Assembly: GCA_963704165.1 (NCBI GenBank)
Contig: CAVPHD010000009.1
Location: forward strand, 1 to 64,000
Source: an uncultured delta proteobacterium
GTDB taxonomy: Bacteria; Myxococcota_A; UBA9160; SZUA-336
Direction: 5' to 3'
DNA length: 64,000 nt
Positions within the stretch are counted from its first letter, which is position 1; each line of letters opens with the position of its first letter. Position numbers and translations under genes: made by a program. This document shows positions 1-10,643 of the stretch, one piece after another. The notes under the pieces were generated by a model. That model saw only the letters and a program-made list of their open reading frames with translations. It searched no databases and was not told where the DNA came from.

Positions 1-97
1 TTGTTCCATAGTTCATAAGAAATTGCTCCGAATGCGTAAACCGGGTATATGCGCCAAGTTGCGATCTTGGACCAAATCTATCGCCAGCAAAGGCTCA

Positions 98-816
98 TCA
101 GGCGTCGTTATCAGCCGCAGTTGGATGGTAGCTGCCTTCCACCCAGACGCTGGTGTCAGGGCCAACTTCTTTCTTCCAGACGGGAACGATCTCTTTGAAG
201 CGGTCAATGCCATAGCGGGCGGCGTCGAAGACGGCCTGGTCTCGATGTCCTGACGCGCAGGCGACCAAAGTCGTCATGTCGCCGATATCCAGCCGGCCGA
301 TACGCTGCACGATGGCGATCCCTTTGACGGTCGGCCAGCGGGTCCAAATTTCGCGCGCGATTTGCGCCATTTTCTGTTCTGCCATCTCGCTGTACGCTTC
401 ATATTCCAGATAGAGGGTATCAGCCGGCAGTCCGGTGCGTGCTGTTTGGCCGCGAACGGTGCCGGTAAAAGTGACGACGGCGCCAATATCCGGCTGTGTG
501 AGGCGGGCATGAATGGCGTTCAGGTCCGGCGGCGTGCTGCTAATGGCGAAGAAGGCTGGATGCGGCGCGTTTCGCCGCCGCTGACGGGGGGGAACAGGGC
601 GACGTCATCCCCTGGCTGGATAATGTTTTCGGCAATGCAAATGCTTTGTTGACGGCGACAAGGACCGTTGGGATGGCCGGGCGGGACATTCGGGGATGAC
701 CGTTCGATCTGATCGAGCAGCGGCGCGACCGTGAGGGGCGGTTCGATCGGCACCGAAAGTCGGCGTTGACCGGCGTGTTCTTTGAGGGTGGCAAATAGAC
801 GGATCGTCACCGGCAT
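98..816 (-). CDS. moaD/moaE: Molybdopterin synthase MoaD-MoaE fusion (MoaX-like), frameshifted in this sequence
   Basis: N-terminus MPVTIRLFATLKE...GDDVALFPPVSGG (MoaD). After an indel it continues into IGAVVTFTGTVR...LEYEAYSEMAE...SGHR...KEIVPVWKKE (MoaE). There is no stop after GG and no separate MoaE start. Confidence 0.8.
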
Positions 817-1334
817 TGGTTATGCTCCTGTCCAGTATCTTCGGCGGGCACGTCGCCTTCGCCGAGCGGCCACTCCCCGCTCCGGCCACCGGATTTATGG
901 ACAAGGTGCACGTTGGTCAGCCGCATGCCGCGGTCGACGGCTTTGGCCATGTCGTAAATGGTCAGTCCGGCGATAGAAACGGCCGTTAGCGCTTCCATCT
1001 CGACACCTGTCTTTCCGCTGACCCGAACCGTTGCTTCGATGTCCACGCGACTCGCCGCAGGATTGGGCGTGCAGGTCACGTCGATATGGCTGAGCAGCAG
1101 AGGATGGCACAGCGGTATCAGCTCGCTGGTATGTTTGGCGGCCATGACGCCGGCCAATTGCGCAATGGTTAAGACATCCCCTTTCTTGAGCTGTCCTTCC
1201 ATAATAAGTTGCAACGTTTCCGGCTGCATGTGTACGCCCACGGGCAATGGCCACACGCTCGGTGTCTGCTTTATGACCGACGTCCACCATTTTAGCCGGC
1301 CGGATTCGTCAAGATGGGTTAACTGTTTTTCCAT
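807..1334 (-). CDS. moaC: Cyclic pyranopterin monophosphate synthase MoaC (local indels)
   Basis: LTHLDESG, MVDV (adjacent frame), KKGDVL, LIPLCHPL, KTGVEMEAL, TIYDMAKAVD, KSGG motifs. Confidence 0.93.
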   Translation of the reverse strand: MEKQLTHLDESGRLKWWTSVIKQTPSVWPLPVGVHMQPETLQLIMEGQLKKGDVLTIAQLAGVMAAKHTSELIPLCHPLLLSHIDVTCTPNPAASRVDIEATVRVSGKTGVEMEALTAVSIAGLTIYDMAKAVDRGMRLTNVHLVHKSGGRSGEWPLGEGDVPAEDTGQEHNQCR

Positions 1335-1413
1335 ATCTACGGTATTATAGAGGTCAGCAAAGTAGATTGCGAGTAACAAGAGCCACGTTGAATTTCCGCT
1401 CTCCTTTGAAACT

Positions 1414-2160
1414 ATGAAATGAATTCTACGACACCATTTACTTTTCCCCTCATCTAGACGATGTTGCCTTATCGTGCGGCGGGCAAATTATTTTCGCACA
1501 ACGGCCGGTCAATCTGTCCTGGTCGTGACGATTGCGGCCGGGGATCCGACCGGGCGGCTGTCTGAATTTGCGCAGCTGCTTCACGATCGCTGGGAGTTGG
1601 CGGCCGAAGTCGTTGCTGCCCGGCGGCAAGAGGACAGGCCGGCATCGCCATATGTTGGGCGCCGACTGTCAGCATTGGGAGATACCGGATTGTATCTATC
1701 GGTGCAACCGGAGACGGGCTGCCGCTGTTACGTTTCGGCCGATATTTTCGGCGCGATCCACTGCAGAATCGTTATCGCTGCTGGAAGTTGGCCCAGCAGA
1801 TAGCGGCGTTGCCTGAACGAACCGGATGGCGGCGCCGTTGACGATGGCCACCATGTGGACCATCAGGTCGTCCGGTTGGCCGCCGAGCGGGTTTGCAGCG
1901 CGAAACTTTTCTATTATGAAGATTATCCTTACGTTCAAACAGCGGCAGCGCTGGCGAACTGATTTCGGTTGACGATGAAGAATGGCAGTGAGGTGATACC
2001 AGTCTTGTGAAGGTTGATCTGGCGGCCAGGGTGGAAGCGTCAGCGGCTTTTGAATCGCAGATAAGCACTTTTTTTAACGGCCGTCCGATATGGCTCAACA
2101 AATCAAACGATTACGTTGAGATCAAAAAAGAGTGGTGGAGAACGCCTCTGGTCGGCGTGA
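1414..2160 (+). CDS. PIG-L/LmbE family deacetylase, heavily frameshifted; boundaries approximate
   Basis: Manual translation gives SPHLDDVALSCGG (~1446-1484), V.TI.AGDP, RRQED, GHHVDH (~1846-1863) and FYYEDYPY (~1909-1932). Confidence 0.75.
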
Positions 2161-2203
2161 TGGGGCACCGTCGGATAATTACGGTATCTTACGATCCCTT
2201 CCC

Positions 2204-2233
2204 TTGATTAAATAGGGTAGGTCAACTTATAAT
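2204..2233 (+). promoter_or_regulatory. Candidate sigma70 promoter for the kinase-phosphatase pair
   Basis: TTGATT-18 nt-TATAAT, then GGAGAGG upstream of the ATG at 2266. Confidence 0.5.
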
Positions 2234-2265
2234 TGGAACAGAAACGGAGAGGCTATCATTAAATT

Positions 2266-4231
2266 ATGGGGCGATTGACAACAAGGCAGCTGCAACCAAA
2301 CGCAGGGGCAACGAAAAAGTTAGCGCTTAGGGCCAGTTTGCAGCCCGGCGATACACTGCAAGAGCGGTATCGTATTGTTGGCACGCTGGGCGTTGGCGGT
2401 TTTAGTTCGGTTTACCAGGCCCGCGACATGCGTTTCCCCAATGCACCAAGCTGTGCGCCATCAAAGAGATGGTCATTTCGGCCCCCGACCCCCAAATCCG
2501 CGAGTTAACCATCAAGTCGTTTGAGCGCGAAGCCAGCATGCTGGCGATGCTCGACCATCCCGCCATTCCCGACATCTCCGATTATTTTACGGAAAAGGAT
2601 CGCAGCTATTTGGTTATTGATCTGATTCGGGGCAAAGATTTGGAAGCGTGGCTGGATGATCTAATGAATTTCTGGATCAGGAGACGGCATTGGAGTGGGC
2701 GGTGCAGTTGTGCGATGTGCTGGCCCATTTGCACAACCAAAAGCCCCAGCCCATTGTTTTCCGCGATTTGAAGCCGTCTAACATTATGTTGGACCAGTAC
2801 AATCGTATTCGGTCTATTGATTTTGGTATTGCCAAGTTGTTTGAAACGGAACAGGGGACAATGATCGGCACGGAGGGGTATTCGCCGCCGGAGCAATATC
2901 GCGGGCAGGCGACACCGGCGGGCGACGTTTATGCGGTGGGGGCGACGTTCCATCATTTCTGACGCGCCAGGATCCGCGCCTGGAGCCGCCGTTTACATTT
3001 GCCGAACGGCCGATTCATGCGGTGAATCCGGACGTTCGGCCTTTGAAGCGATGATTATGCGCTGTCTCGCGTACGATCCCAAGGATCGGTATCCCGCACG
3101 CGATGGCCTTGCGTGCGAGGCGTCTGCTGACTCATTGGGCAGGCGACAGCAGGTCGTCGATTGCGGCCGAACGGCGGTTGACGCGGCAGCCGCGTTGGTG
3201 GTAGGCGCAGGTGGCCCCGACCGCTGAGGAGCGCCAACGGGTACTCAGCGGTAAGCCGATTGTGTCCGGTGCGATTGGTTAGCTGTGGGCATTTAAGTGT
3301 GAAGATGAAATTCGCTCAAAAAGCGGCCGTTACCGACGACATGGCTTTATCGGCGCCTATGACAACAATCTGTACGGCCCTCGCCGACCGTAACGGGCGA
3401 GTTTTTGTGGAAGCATCCTACCGCCGACGGCCTTGGTTCCTCGCCTTTCGTTTACGAAGACGCGTGTTTGTCGGCTCGGCGGACGAGCACCTGTATTCGC
3501 TTAAATTTGCGCAGCGGTCGGCAGAACTGGCGTTAAGCCACGCAACGGGTCGTTTATTCCTCTCCGGTGGTTCGCTTTGATCACGCCTTTATTGGTTCGG
3601 ATGACGGATATGTTTATGCGGTTAACGTCAATCATGGAAAAGCGTCTGGAAAGCGCAATGTCTTTAATCGCCGTTCGCTCGACCCCGTTTGTGGATGAAG
3701 AGCGAGTTTTTTTGGTACGGAAGGGGGCTATGTTTATTGTCTTGAAATTGCTACGGGCAAGGTGAAGTGGCAGTTCAGGCAAACGGGCCGTCACCTCCTC
3801 GCCTGTGGTGCAGAGGACCTGCTGGTCGTGGGCTCCATGGATGAGACGGTTTATGCGCCTGGATGCTAGTTCTGGCTGGGCCATCTGGCGATTTCGGACG
3901 CCGGCGTCCTATTGTTTCGTCGCCGGTTATTCACGAGCACGTCACCTACATTGGCTCATCTGACGGCAGTCTGTACGCGATTGACATGGATTCGGGCCGG
4001 CAGGTCTGGGCATTCGAGACCAAGGGGCAGGTCGCTTCTTCGCCGGCAGTGTGGCATGACGCCGTTTATTTTGGGAGCACCGACGGTGTTGTTTATAGTG
4101 TCGGCTTAAAGCGAGGCGAGCTGCGCTGGCAGTTCAAAACGGACGGGCCGGTCATTTCGTCTCCAACCATATACAAGGATATGATGTACCTGGGATCTAC
4201 AGACCACAATCTGTATGCATTTTCGGTTTAG
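2266..4231 (+). CDS. Hanks-type Ser/Thr kinase with C-terminal PQQ-like beta-propeller repeats (frameshifted)
   Basis: LGVGGFSSVY, HPAIP, FRDLKPSNIM, DFGIAK, GTEGYSPPEQ. C-terminal repeats SSP...YIGSSDG.LYA.D..SG...W.F. Confidence 0.85.
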
Positions 4232-4247
4232 CATAACGGTGGTAATA

Positions 4248-5265
4248 ATGAGTGAAACGACGGAACAGGTGAACAGCCATGAGAAAGAGGGTCAGGACGA
4301 GCCGCCGCAGCCAGGCAGCGCCGCAGCCGGACAAGGGCAGTCTGGTGTGATCTCCGACCCTCTACAGCTGAGCGCGAACCTGCCAAGGATAACAGCACTT
4401 CTCTCGAAACGGCCGCTCTTGAGCCCCGACCTGACGCGGAAAATGTGCTGCTCGCTATGAGCCAGCACGCGCGCGCAAATGCCGGCGAACCTGCTATGCG
4501 CGTCGCCAAGCGGTGCGGCGTTGGCGCCGTCCGCGAGCGAAATGAAGATTCATGCCTTGTCTTTACCTCTGAAACGGGCGGGCATTTCCCGCTGCTTCCT
4601 TTTGGTCTGTATGTGGTTGCGGACGGGATGGGTGGGCACAAGAATGGCCACATTGCCAGCAAAATTGCGTTCTCTGCGGCCGCAAAGCACGTTATCGAGA
4701 GAATTTATCTACCGTTGCTCCAAATGGATGGCTTACCCGGCGCCACTCCGATTCAGGAAGTGCTGGAAGATGCGGTTCAGCTGGCACACCGGGCCCTGTT
4801 TGATCCGACTGACGGAGATGGACAGCGGTACGACGCTGACAATTGCTCTTGTTTTGGCGGCCTGCTTATGCGGCCCATGTCGGCGATACGCGGATTTATT
4901 TACTCGACGGGCGACCGATCAGAGACAGTCACTATCGACCACTCGCTGGTTCAACGGCTGCAAGATGTGGGGCAGCTGACTGCAGAAGAGCGGCAGTCTT
5001 CTATGAGTACCGGCACGTTCTGCTGCGCGCGGTTGGCCAGGGAGAAGAGCTGGCTGTTGATACGTACACGCGCCTGCTGCCGAAAAAGGGCAGGCTGCTG
5101 CTGTGCACCGATGGGTTACATGGGCTGCTGCCTGATTATGAGATAGCCATGAAGCTGCAGGGAGAAAAACCGGTTAGAGCCTTGGCCGATGATCTATATG
5201 ATGCCGCGTTTGAAGCTGGCGGATACGACAATATTACGGCCATTGTCGTTGACTTCGATCGGTAA
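4248..5265 (+). CDS. PP2C/PPM-family Ser/Thr phosphatase (frameshifted)
   Basis: G.VRERNED, VVADGMGGH, AHVGDTR, LLLCTDGL, GGYDNIT motifs. Confidence 0.88.
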
Positions 5266-5266
5266 G

Positions 5267-5587
5267 TCAGCAATTGTCGTGCCAGGGCGCCACCACGGTG
5301 GCGTCGCGCGAGTCCATGGAGATCGGCGCGTCGAGCTCGTCGTTCACGAAGAAGATGAACGAGACCGTCCGCGTGCGCGGATTGCCGCGCAGGATCTCCG
5401 CGAGCCGGACACCGTCGATCACCGCGAGGTCGATCGGGCAGATCACCGCCTCGGGCACACGCTCGAGCGCGAGTTCGAGCGCGGACGCACCGTGAGGCGC
5501 GATCTCGACGAGGTGTCCGCGACCGGTGCAGGCCTCCGAGATGGCTTTCGCGCGGCCTCGGTCGTGATCGGCGATCAGCAGGCGCAT
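5267..5587 (-). CDS. Response-regulator receiver-like protein, probably truncated at the composition junction
   Basis: MRLLIADHD...APHGASALE...IDGVRLAEILR REC-like fold. The stop codon lies at the GC-shift boundary. Confidence 0.65.
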   Translation of the reverse strand: MRLLIADHDRGRAKAISEACTGRGHLVEIAPHGASALELALERVPEAVICPIDLAVIDGVRLAEILRGNPRTRTVSFIFFVNDELDAPISMDSRDATVVAPWHDNC

Positions 5588-5588
5588 G

Positions 5589-7394
5589 CTAGCCCCGCAC
5601 CCCGAACCCGGTCTCGGCCCGCAGCCGGAACGTCATGTGCTCGATCAGCACCGGGTCGTTCGAGTGAAAGATCGGTCGTGCACCGTCGGCGCGGGGTTTG
5701 CCTGCGACGAGCGCGTACGGCGGACCCTCCCCGAAGCGCACGATCCAGGACGTGTCGGCCGAGACGTTCGGTGGAAGTGAGAGCGCGGTCACGGCCTGAC
5801 CCGATGGGATCGTATCGCCATCGGTGGCGACGAAGACCTCCGTCGCGGATTCCATGTCTCCGAGCGCGGCGAGCGGCGCCAGGAATCGCGGGCGCTCCGG
5901 TCCGGGGGCCAGAAACAGCAGTCCCCGGTCACGCGGACGCGAGACGAGGTCGTTGATCAAGAGCTCCGCCGCCTCACCCGCGAAATCGCGGGGCAACCAC
6001 TGCGCGCGGTCGAGCAGGCGCGCGCCGATGGCCGAAAGTGGCGTCTCCGGCTCGATTCCGAGCTCGTGCACCACGCTCTTGTGTTCCTCCAGGACGCGCC
6101 GCTGGGCGGCGGCGGCAAGGGCCTCCAGGGTCTCTCCGTCGGTGGGGAAATTGGCGACACCCAGCGCCGGGCTCGCGGCCAGCTTGGCCTCGGAGATGAC
6201 GTCGCGCAGACGCTGTGCGATGCGACGCTTCAGCACCACGCCACCCAGGGAGTCGGTGTCGGTCACGAGCACCCAGAAGCGATGGCCGTCCTCGGCCGCG
6301 AGAACGTCCGTCGTGCGGAGCGTGCGCCGGAAGGCCGCAACCATCGCGGGCAGAGCGGCGAAGTCCCGTTTCGCGTCGAAGTTCTCGAGGTCGACACAGA
6401 GCAGCGAGAGTCGGCGGCCGAAACGCTGCGCCTTGTGCACCTCGGTTCGACCCACCTCTTCGAGGAACTCGCGGCCCGGTAGACCCGTGCGGCTGTCGCA
6501 GAAGCTCGAGCGCGCGAACCGCTCGCGTTCCTGCACGGCCTCCAGCGCCGACGCCGCAATCCCGCCGATCTGCCCTGCAAGCTCGATCTCGCGCGGGCCG
6601 AACCCGGCGCCTCCGGCCGGAGCGAGTCGAGCGAGCGCGATCAGCACGCCATCGCGGGCGAGGGGAACCAGCAGCGGCGACTCCCCGGCGCCATCTCCCC
6701 GCCGAGACTCCAGGACGGGCCGCCTTGGAGCAGAAGCTCCGCGCGGGGCTCAGCTTCCGGCTTCCAGATCTCGGCCGTCAGGACGGCCGGCGAAGGGCCC
6801 ACGACGAGCGTACGACCGAGCTCGCCCATCCACACGAGGCTCCGCCCAGATCTCGACCGTTCCGGCCCGGCACTCGAGCTTGAGAAGGTCGGCGATACCG
6901 CGCGCCACCGCCTCGGTCGAACGCTGGCCGAAGAGCGCGAGCGAGCGCTCGAGCACGGAGACCCGGCCCATCAGGAGCAGATTCTCGTCGATCAAACGCG
7001 GCTCTCGCCGGATCGCGCGTGCCAGCGGATGGACCAGGCGCGAGACGCTCTCGAGCAGCGCCGATCGTTCCAGCGGCTTCTGCAGACAGTCGCCGACGCC
7101 GGCGCGCAGCGCCGAGACTCCCCAGCGCGGATCCGGCGAGCTGCTCACGGCGAGCAACGCCGCGGCGGGCCAGCGCGAACGCATGCGAGCGACCGCGCCG
7201 CCACGTCCGGGCCCGCTTGCACGGGGTCGAAGATCAGCAGGTCCGGCGCGTCTGCCGAGGCCCTGCACACCGGCGATCTTCCCCTCGGACTCGACGGAGC
7301 GAACCGCGTAGCCGGCCTCCGAGAGCACGCCCTCGACGAAGCTCCGGAAGTAGAGCTGCTCGTCGATCGCCAGAATCCGCGCCTTGGGAGCCAA
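5589..7394 (-). CDS. REC + GAF-like + degenerate GGDEF + DICT-like signalling protein (frameshifted)
   Basis: N-terminal ILAIDEQ...LQKP receiver; DSRTGLPGR, LSLLCVD, RTTDVLAAEDGHRF (GGDEF position degenerate), LGVANFP. Confidence 0.7.
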
Positions 7395-7504
7395 TCCTCT
7401 CCTCGGTCCGCGCCGGACGCGGTCCCTGCTCGAGCGCGAACGAGTCTCCCCGAATGCGCCTGCAGCTTACTGATTCTTCCTTGTCGGCGCTGAGGAGTTT
7501 TTTT

Positions 7505-8931
7505 TCAGCCCGAGCCGAGAGTGGCGACGCCGAGCAACGAGTGAGGCGTGCAGCCGGTGATGTCCACGTCGAGATAGCTGCCGAGCTCGACGGGCCGCGT
7601 GGCGTGGAAGTTCACCACGCGGTGCTGCGGGCAGCGTCCGGTCAGCTGCCCGGATCCGTGGCGGCTCGAACCTTCGACGAGCACCTCCGTTCGCTCGCCG
7701 ACACGCGCGCCATGGGCGTCGAGCGTGAGCTCGCGCTGCAGATCCTGGACGCGCTCGAGGCGAGCCTGCACCAGGCCGTCGTCGATCTCGGCCAGCCCGT
7801 GGCGTTGCGCCGGCGTGCCGGGGCGCTCGGAGTACTTGAACGAGTAGCTGTCGGTGAATCGCAGCCTCCCTCATCAGGCTCAAGGTCTGCTCGAAGTCCG
7901 CCTCGGTCTCGGTCGGATAGCCGACGATCAGGTCGGTCGTGATCGCGATCTCCGGTCGAGCCGAGCGCACGCGCGCGACGATGTCCAGGTAGGTCTCGCG
8001 GTCGTAGCGGCGGCTCATCGCCGCGAGGACGCGCGACGACCCGCTCTGAACCGGCAGGTGCAGATGGGGGCAGAGCTGCGGGAACCTCCGCGAACGCCCG
8101 GATCAGCTCCGGGGTCATGAAGCATGGGTGCGGGCTCGTGAAGCGAATCCGGCGGATTCCCGGCACCTCGGCGACCCGCCGGATCAGCTCGGCGAACGCC
8201 AGCTCTCCCTCGACTCTGCCCGGCCGTGCCCGCCCGTAGGCGTTCACGGTCTGACCGAGCAGCGTGACCTCGCTGGTGCCGGCGTCCGGCGAGGGTCCGG
8301 ACCTCCGCTCAGGATCTGCGCGCTCGGCCGACTCACCTCGCGTCCGCGCGTCCGCGGCACGACGCAGTAGGAGCAGAAGAGATCGCAGCCCTCCATGACG
8401 GTCACGAAGGCACGTCCGGGCGTCGGCGAGGCGTACTCCGGATGGCGCCCGGGCAGCTCGAAGCGGGCGTCGGCGGCATCGTCGTAGTCGACCCGAAGGC
8501 TCCGCTCGCGCTCCCGAGCCGCTTGCACCATCGCCGGAAGATGAACGAGGTTCTGGGGGCCGAAGACGAAGTCGAGGCGCGGGAACCGGCGCAGCAGGGA
8601 TTCACCCTCCTGCTGAGCGACGCATCCACCGACGCCGACGATCAGTCCGGGCTCCTCGCGCTTTCGGGCGAGCAGAATGCCGAGTTCGGTGTACAGCCGG
8701 TGCTCCGCCTTTTCACGGACCGAGCAGGTATGGATCACCACGACGTCTGCAGCCTCGGCCCGATCGCTGGCCACCATGCCGCGAATGATGCAGAAGGTTG
8801 GCCATCTTCTGGGCATCGTGCTGGTTCATCTGACAGCCGAAGGTGCGGACATGGAATCGGCTCGAAGCGGCAACTTCGAGTGATTCTAGAGGTCGAATAC
8901 CGGCACGAAAGCTGCGATCAGGCAACGACAT
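7505..8931 (-). CDS. miaB: tRNA-2-methylthio-N6-dimethylallyladenosine synthase MiaB (frameshifted; start approximate)
   Basis: [34 protein letters not shown] radical-SAM motif, [18 protein letters not shown]-terminal TRAM domain. Confidence 0.92.
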
Positions 8932-9009
8932 GGTGGAGGTCTCTCAATGTCTCGATCGAAGGTATTGTCCAGGGTCCCATGGGCCGGTTTTGAAGGGTTG
9001 AAAAGGTAA

Positions 9010-9037
9010 TTGACATCGACGGCTCCCCCGGCATAAT
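9010..9037 (+). promoter_or_regulatory. Near-consensus sigma70 promoter with no downstream same-strand CDS
   Basis: TTGACA (9010-9015), 16-nt spacer, CATAAT (9032-9037), A-rich upstream element. Confidence 0.6.
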
Positions 9038-9043
9038 CTGTCG

Positions 9044-9216
9044 ACGATCGGACGCAGCGCGACAGGAGATCAAGACCGACATAGTTTTACGGAGAAGGCG
9101 GTGGAGACGACATTTCGGCTTTGAAATGTCCAACCTCTCACCCCCCACAGTCGCCACCGCCCTCTCCGACCCATCGACAGCCCCGGCAACCTGAAGGTTG
9201 TCGGGGCTGTTCGCGT
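9044..9216 (+). ncRNA. Candidate structured small RNA (family not recognised)
   Basis: Bounded by the promoter and a terminator hairpin. Internal 19-bp stem 9090-9108/9150-9168 (2 mismatches) with nested 8-bp stem 9109-9116/9123-9130. Confidence 0.45.
9177..9216. terminator. Strong hairpin, probable intrinsic (possibly bidirectional) terminator
   Basis: ACAGCCCCGGCAACC-TGAA-GGTTGTCGGGGCTGT, a 15-bp stem with one G-U pair, ~20 nt past the stop of the VWA gene. The U-tail is weak. Confidence 0.65.
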
Positions 9217-9232
9217 TGGGTCGGGCTTCGCC

Positions 9233-10642
9233 TCAGAGCACGAGCTTGTCGACCAGGCGCGTGAGCTGTTTCAGGTTGCGGCACTCCTCGGCAACGTCGG
9301 TGTACGGCAGGTACTTGTCCATCACGCTGTCACCGAAGCCCCAGGCGCCGGGCGCCTCGGGGTTGATCCAGATGACGTTCTTCGCCTTCGAGTGCACCTC
9401 TCGCAGGCACCAGGCACGCGGGTCGTTGTAGTTGTTGCGCGCGTCTCCGATCACGACCACCGTCGTTCGGCTATCGATGGCCGACAGGTAGTCCCGCCAG
9501 AAGGTATGGAAGGCCATCCCGAAGTTGGAGCGGGTGTACGGATTGATCACCTCACCGCCATCGAGCGCGAGGTCGATGGCGTCGAAGATGTCGTGATCCC
9601 GAAAGAGCGGGCTGACCTCACCGAGCTCCGCGACGAAGACGAAGCTTCGGACCTTCGTGAAGCAGTCCTGGAGGCTGAAGATGAACTGGAGGAAGAACCG
9701 CGACACGTTCGCCACTGAGCTCGAAATGTCACATAGAACGACGAGCTTCGGCTTTTCCTTCTTCCGCTGCTTGAAGATCAACTCGAACGGCACACCACCG
9801 TGCGCCATGTTCCGGCGCATCGTCGTCTTCAGATCGAACTTGCCGCGTCGCTCGCGCTTGCGGCGCATCGTGATGACGCTCTTCAGCTTCTGCGCGAGCC
9901 GCTGAACGACCTCGCGCAGCCGGCGCAGGTCGTCCTCGGTCAAGTTGTAGAAGCTCTTCTCGAGCAGGCTCTCGCGGCGGAAGCGCTCGATGTAGTCGTG
10001 GTTCTGCTTGTCGAGTTCCCGCTCCGCGAACTGCCGCACGGCGCGACGTGCCGCTTCCTGTACCGCCTTCAGGAGCGCCTCCAACTCACCCAGGCGCTCC
10101 TCGTCCATGCCCTCTTCGCGCAAGCGGTCGAGCAGCGTCTTCAGCTCGCCGGACGCGCCCTCCATGTCCATCTGCTCGATCATCCGCCGCGAGAAGAAGC
10201 CGATCTGCAGCATGTTCCGGATGTTCTGAACCTCGGATTGCTCTCCCGCCTGCTGGATCAGTTGCTCGAGCGCGTTCGCGTCCATGCTGAGCAGCGCCTT
10301 CGCGAGCTCGGAGAGGTCGATGTCCATGTTCTCGAGCATCTCGCGCAGCTGCTCGAGCAGCCGCTCGAGGTCGAAGTCCCCGGGCATGCCACCGAGGGCC
10401 TGCTTCAGCTCGCTCTGTAGCTGATCGTGAAAACCGGACCAGAACAGGTCGAAGAGCCGGTCATAGGTATCGATGTCGTCGCCGCGCTTGACCATCGTTG
10501 CGCGCAGGGCGTCCCTGAACAGCTCGCGGTCCTCGAGCGGCATCTCGTCGATGGCGGCAAAAGCGTCGAGCGACTCCGCGACGGAGACGCGCACACCTGC
10601 CTTTCGTAGCAGGTTGGTGAACTCGACGAGCTTCTTTTCCAT
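9233..10642 (-). CDS. VWA domain protein, CoxE-like
   Basis: LRKAGVRVS..E N-terminus, LVVLCDISSSV MIDAS-like motif, IGDARNNY, WINPE, WGFGDSVM, ECRNL. Confidence 0.9.
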   Translation of the reverse strand: MEKKLVEFTNLLRKAGVRVSVAESLDAFAAIDEMPLEDRELFRDALRATMVKRGDDIDTYDRLFDLFWSGFHDQLQSELKQALGGMPGDFDLERLLEQLREMLENMDIDLSELAKALLSMDANALEQLIQQAGEQSEVQNIRNMLQIGFFSRRMIEQMDMEGASGELKTLLDRLREEGMDEERLGELEALLKAVQEAARRAVRQFAERELDKQNHDYIERFRRESLLEKSFYNLTEDDLRRLREVVQRLAQKLKSVITMRRKRERRGKFDLKTTMRRNMAHGGVPFELIFKQRKKEKPKLVVLCDISSSVANVSRFFLQFIFSLQDCFTKVRSFVFVAELGEVSPLFRDHDIFDAIDLALDGGEVINPYTRSNFGMAFHTFWRDYLSAIDSRTTVVVIGDARNNYNDPRAWCLREVHSKAKNVIWINPEAPGAWGFGDSVMDKYLPYTDVAEECRNLKQLTRLVDKLVL

Positions 10643-10643
10643 C

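Noticed and set aside
1..97. Start of a further minus-strand gene after moaE
   Set aside because: Too short and error-rich to assign.
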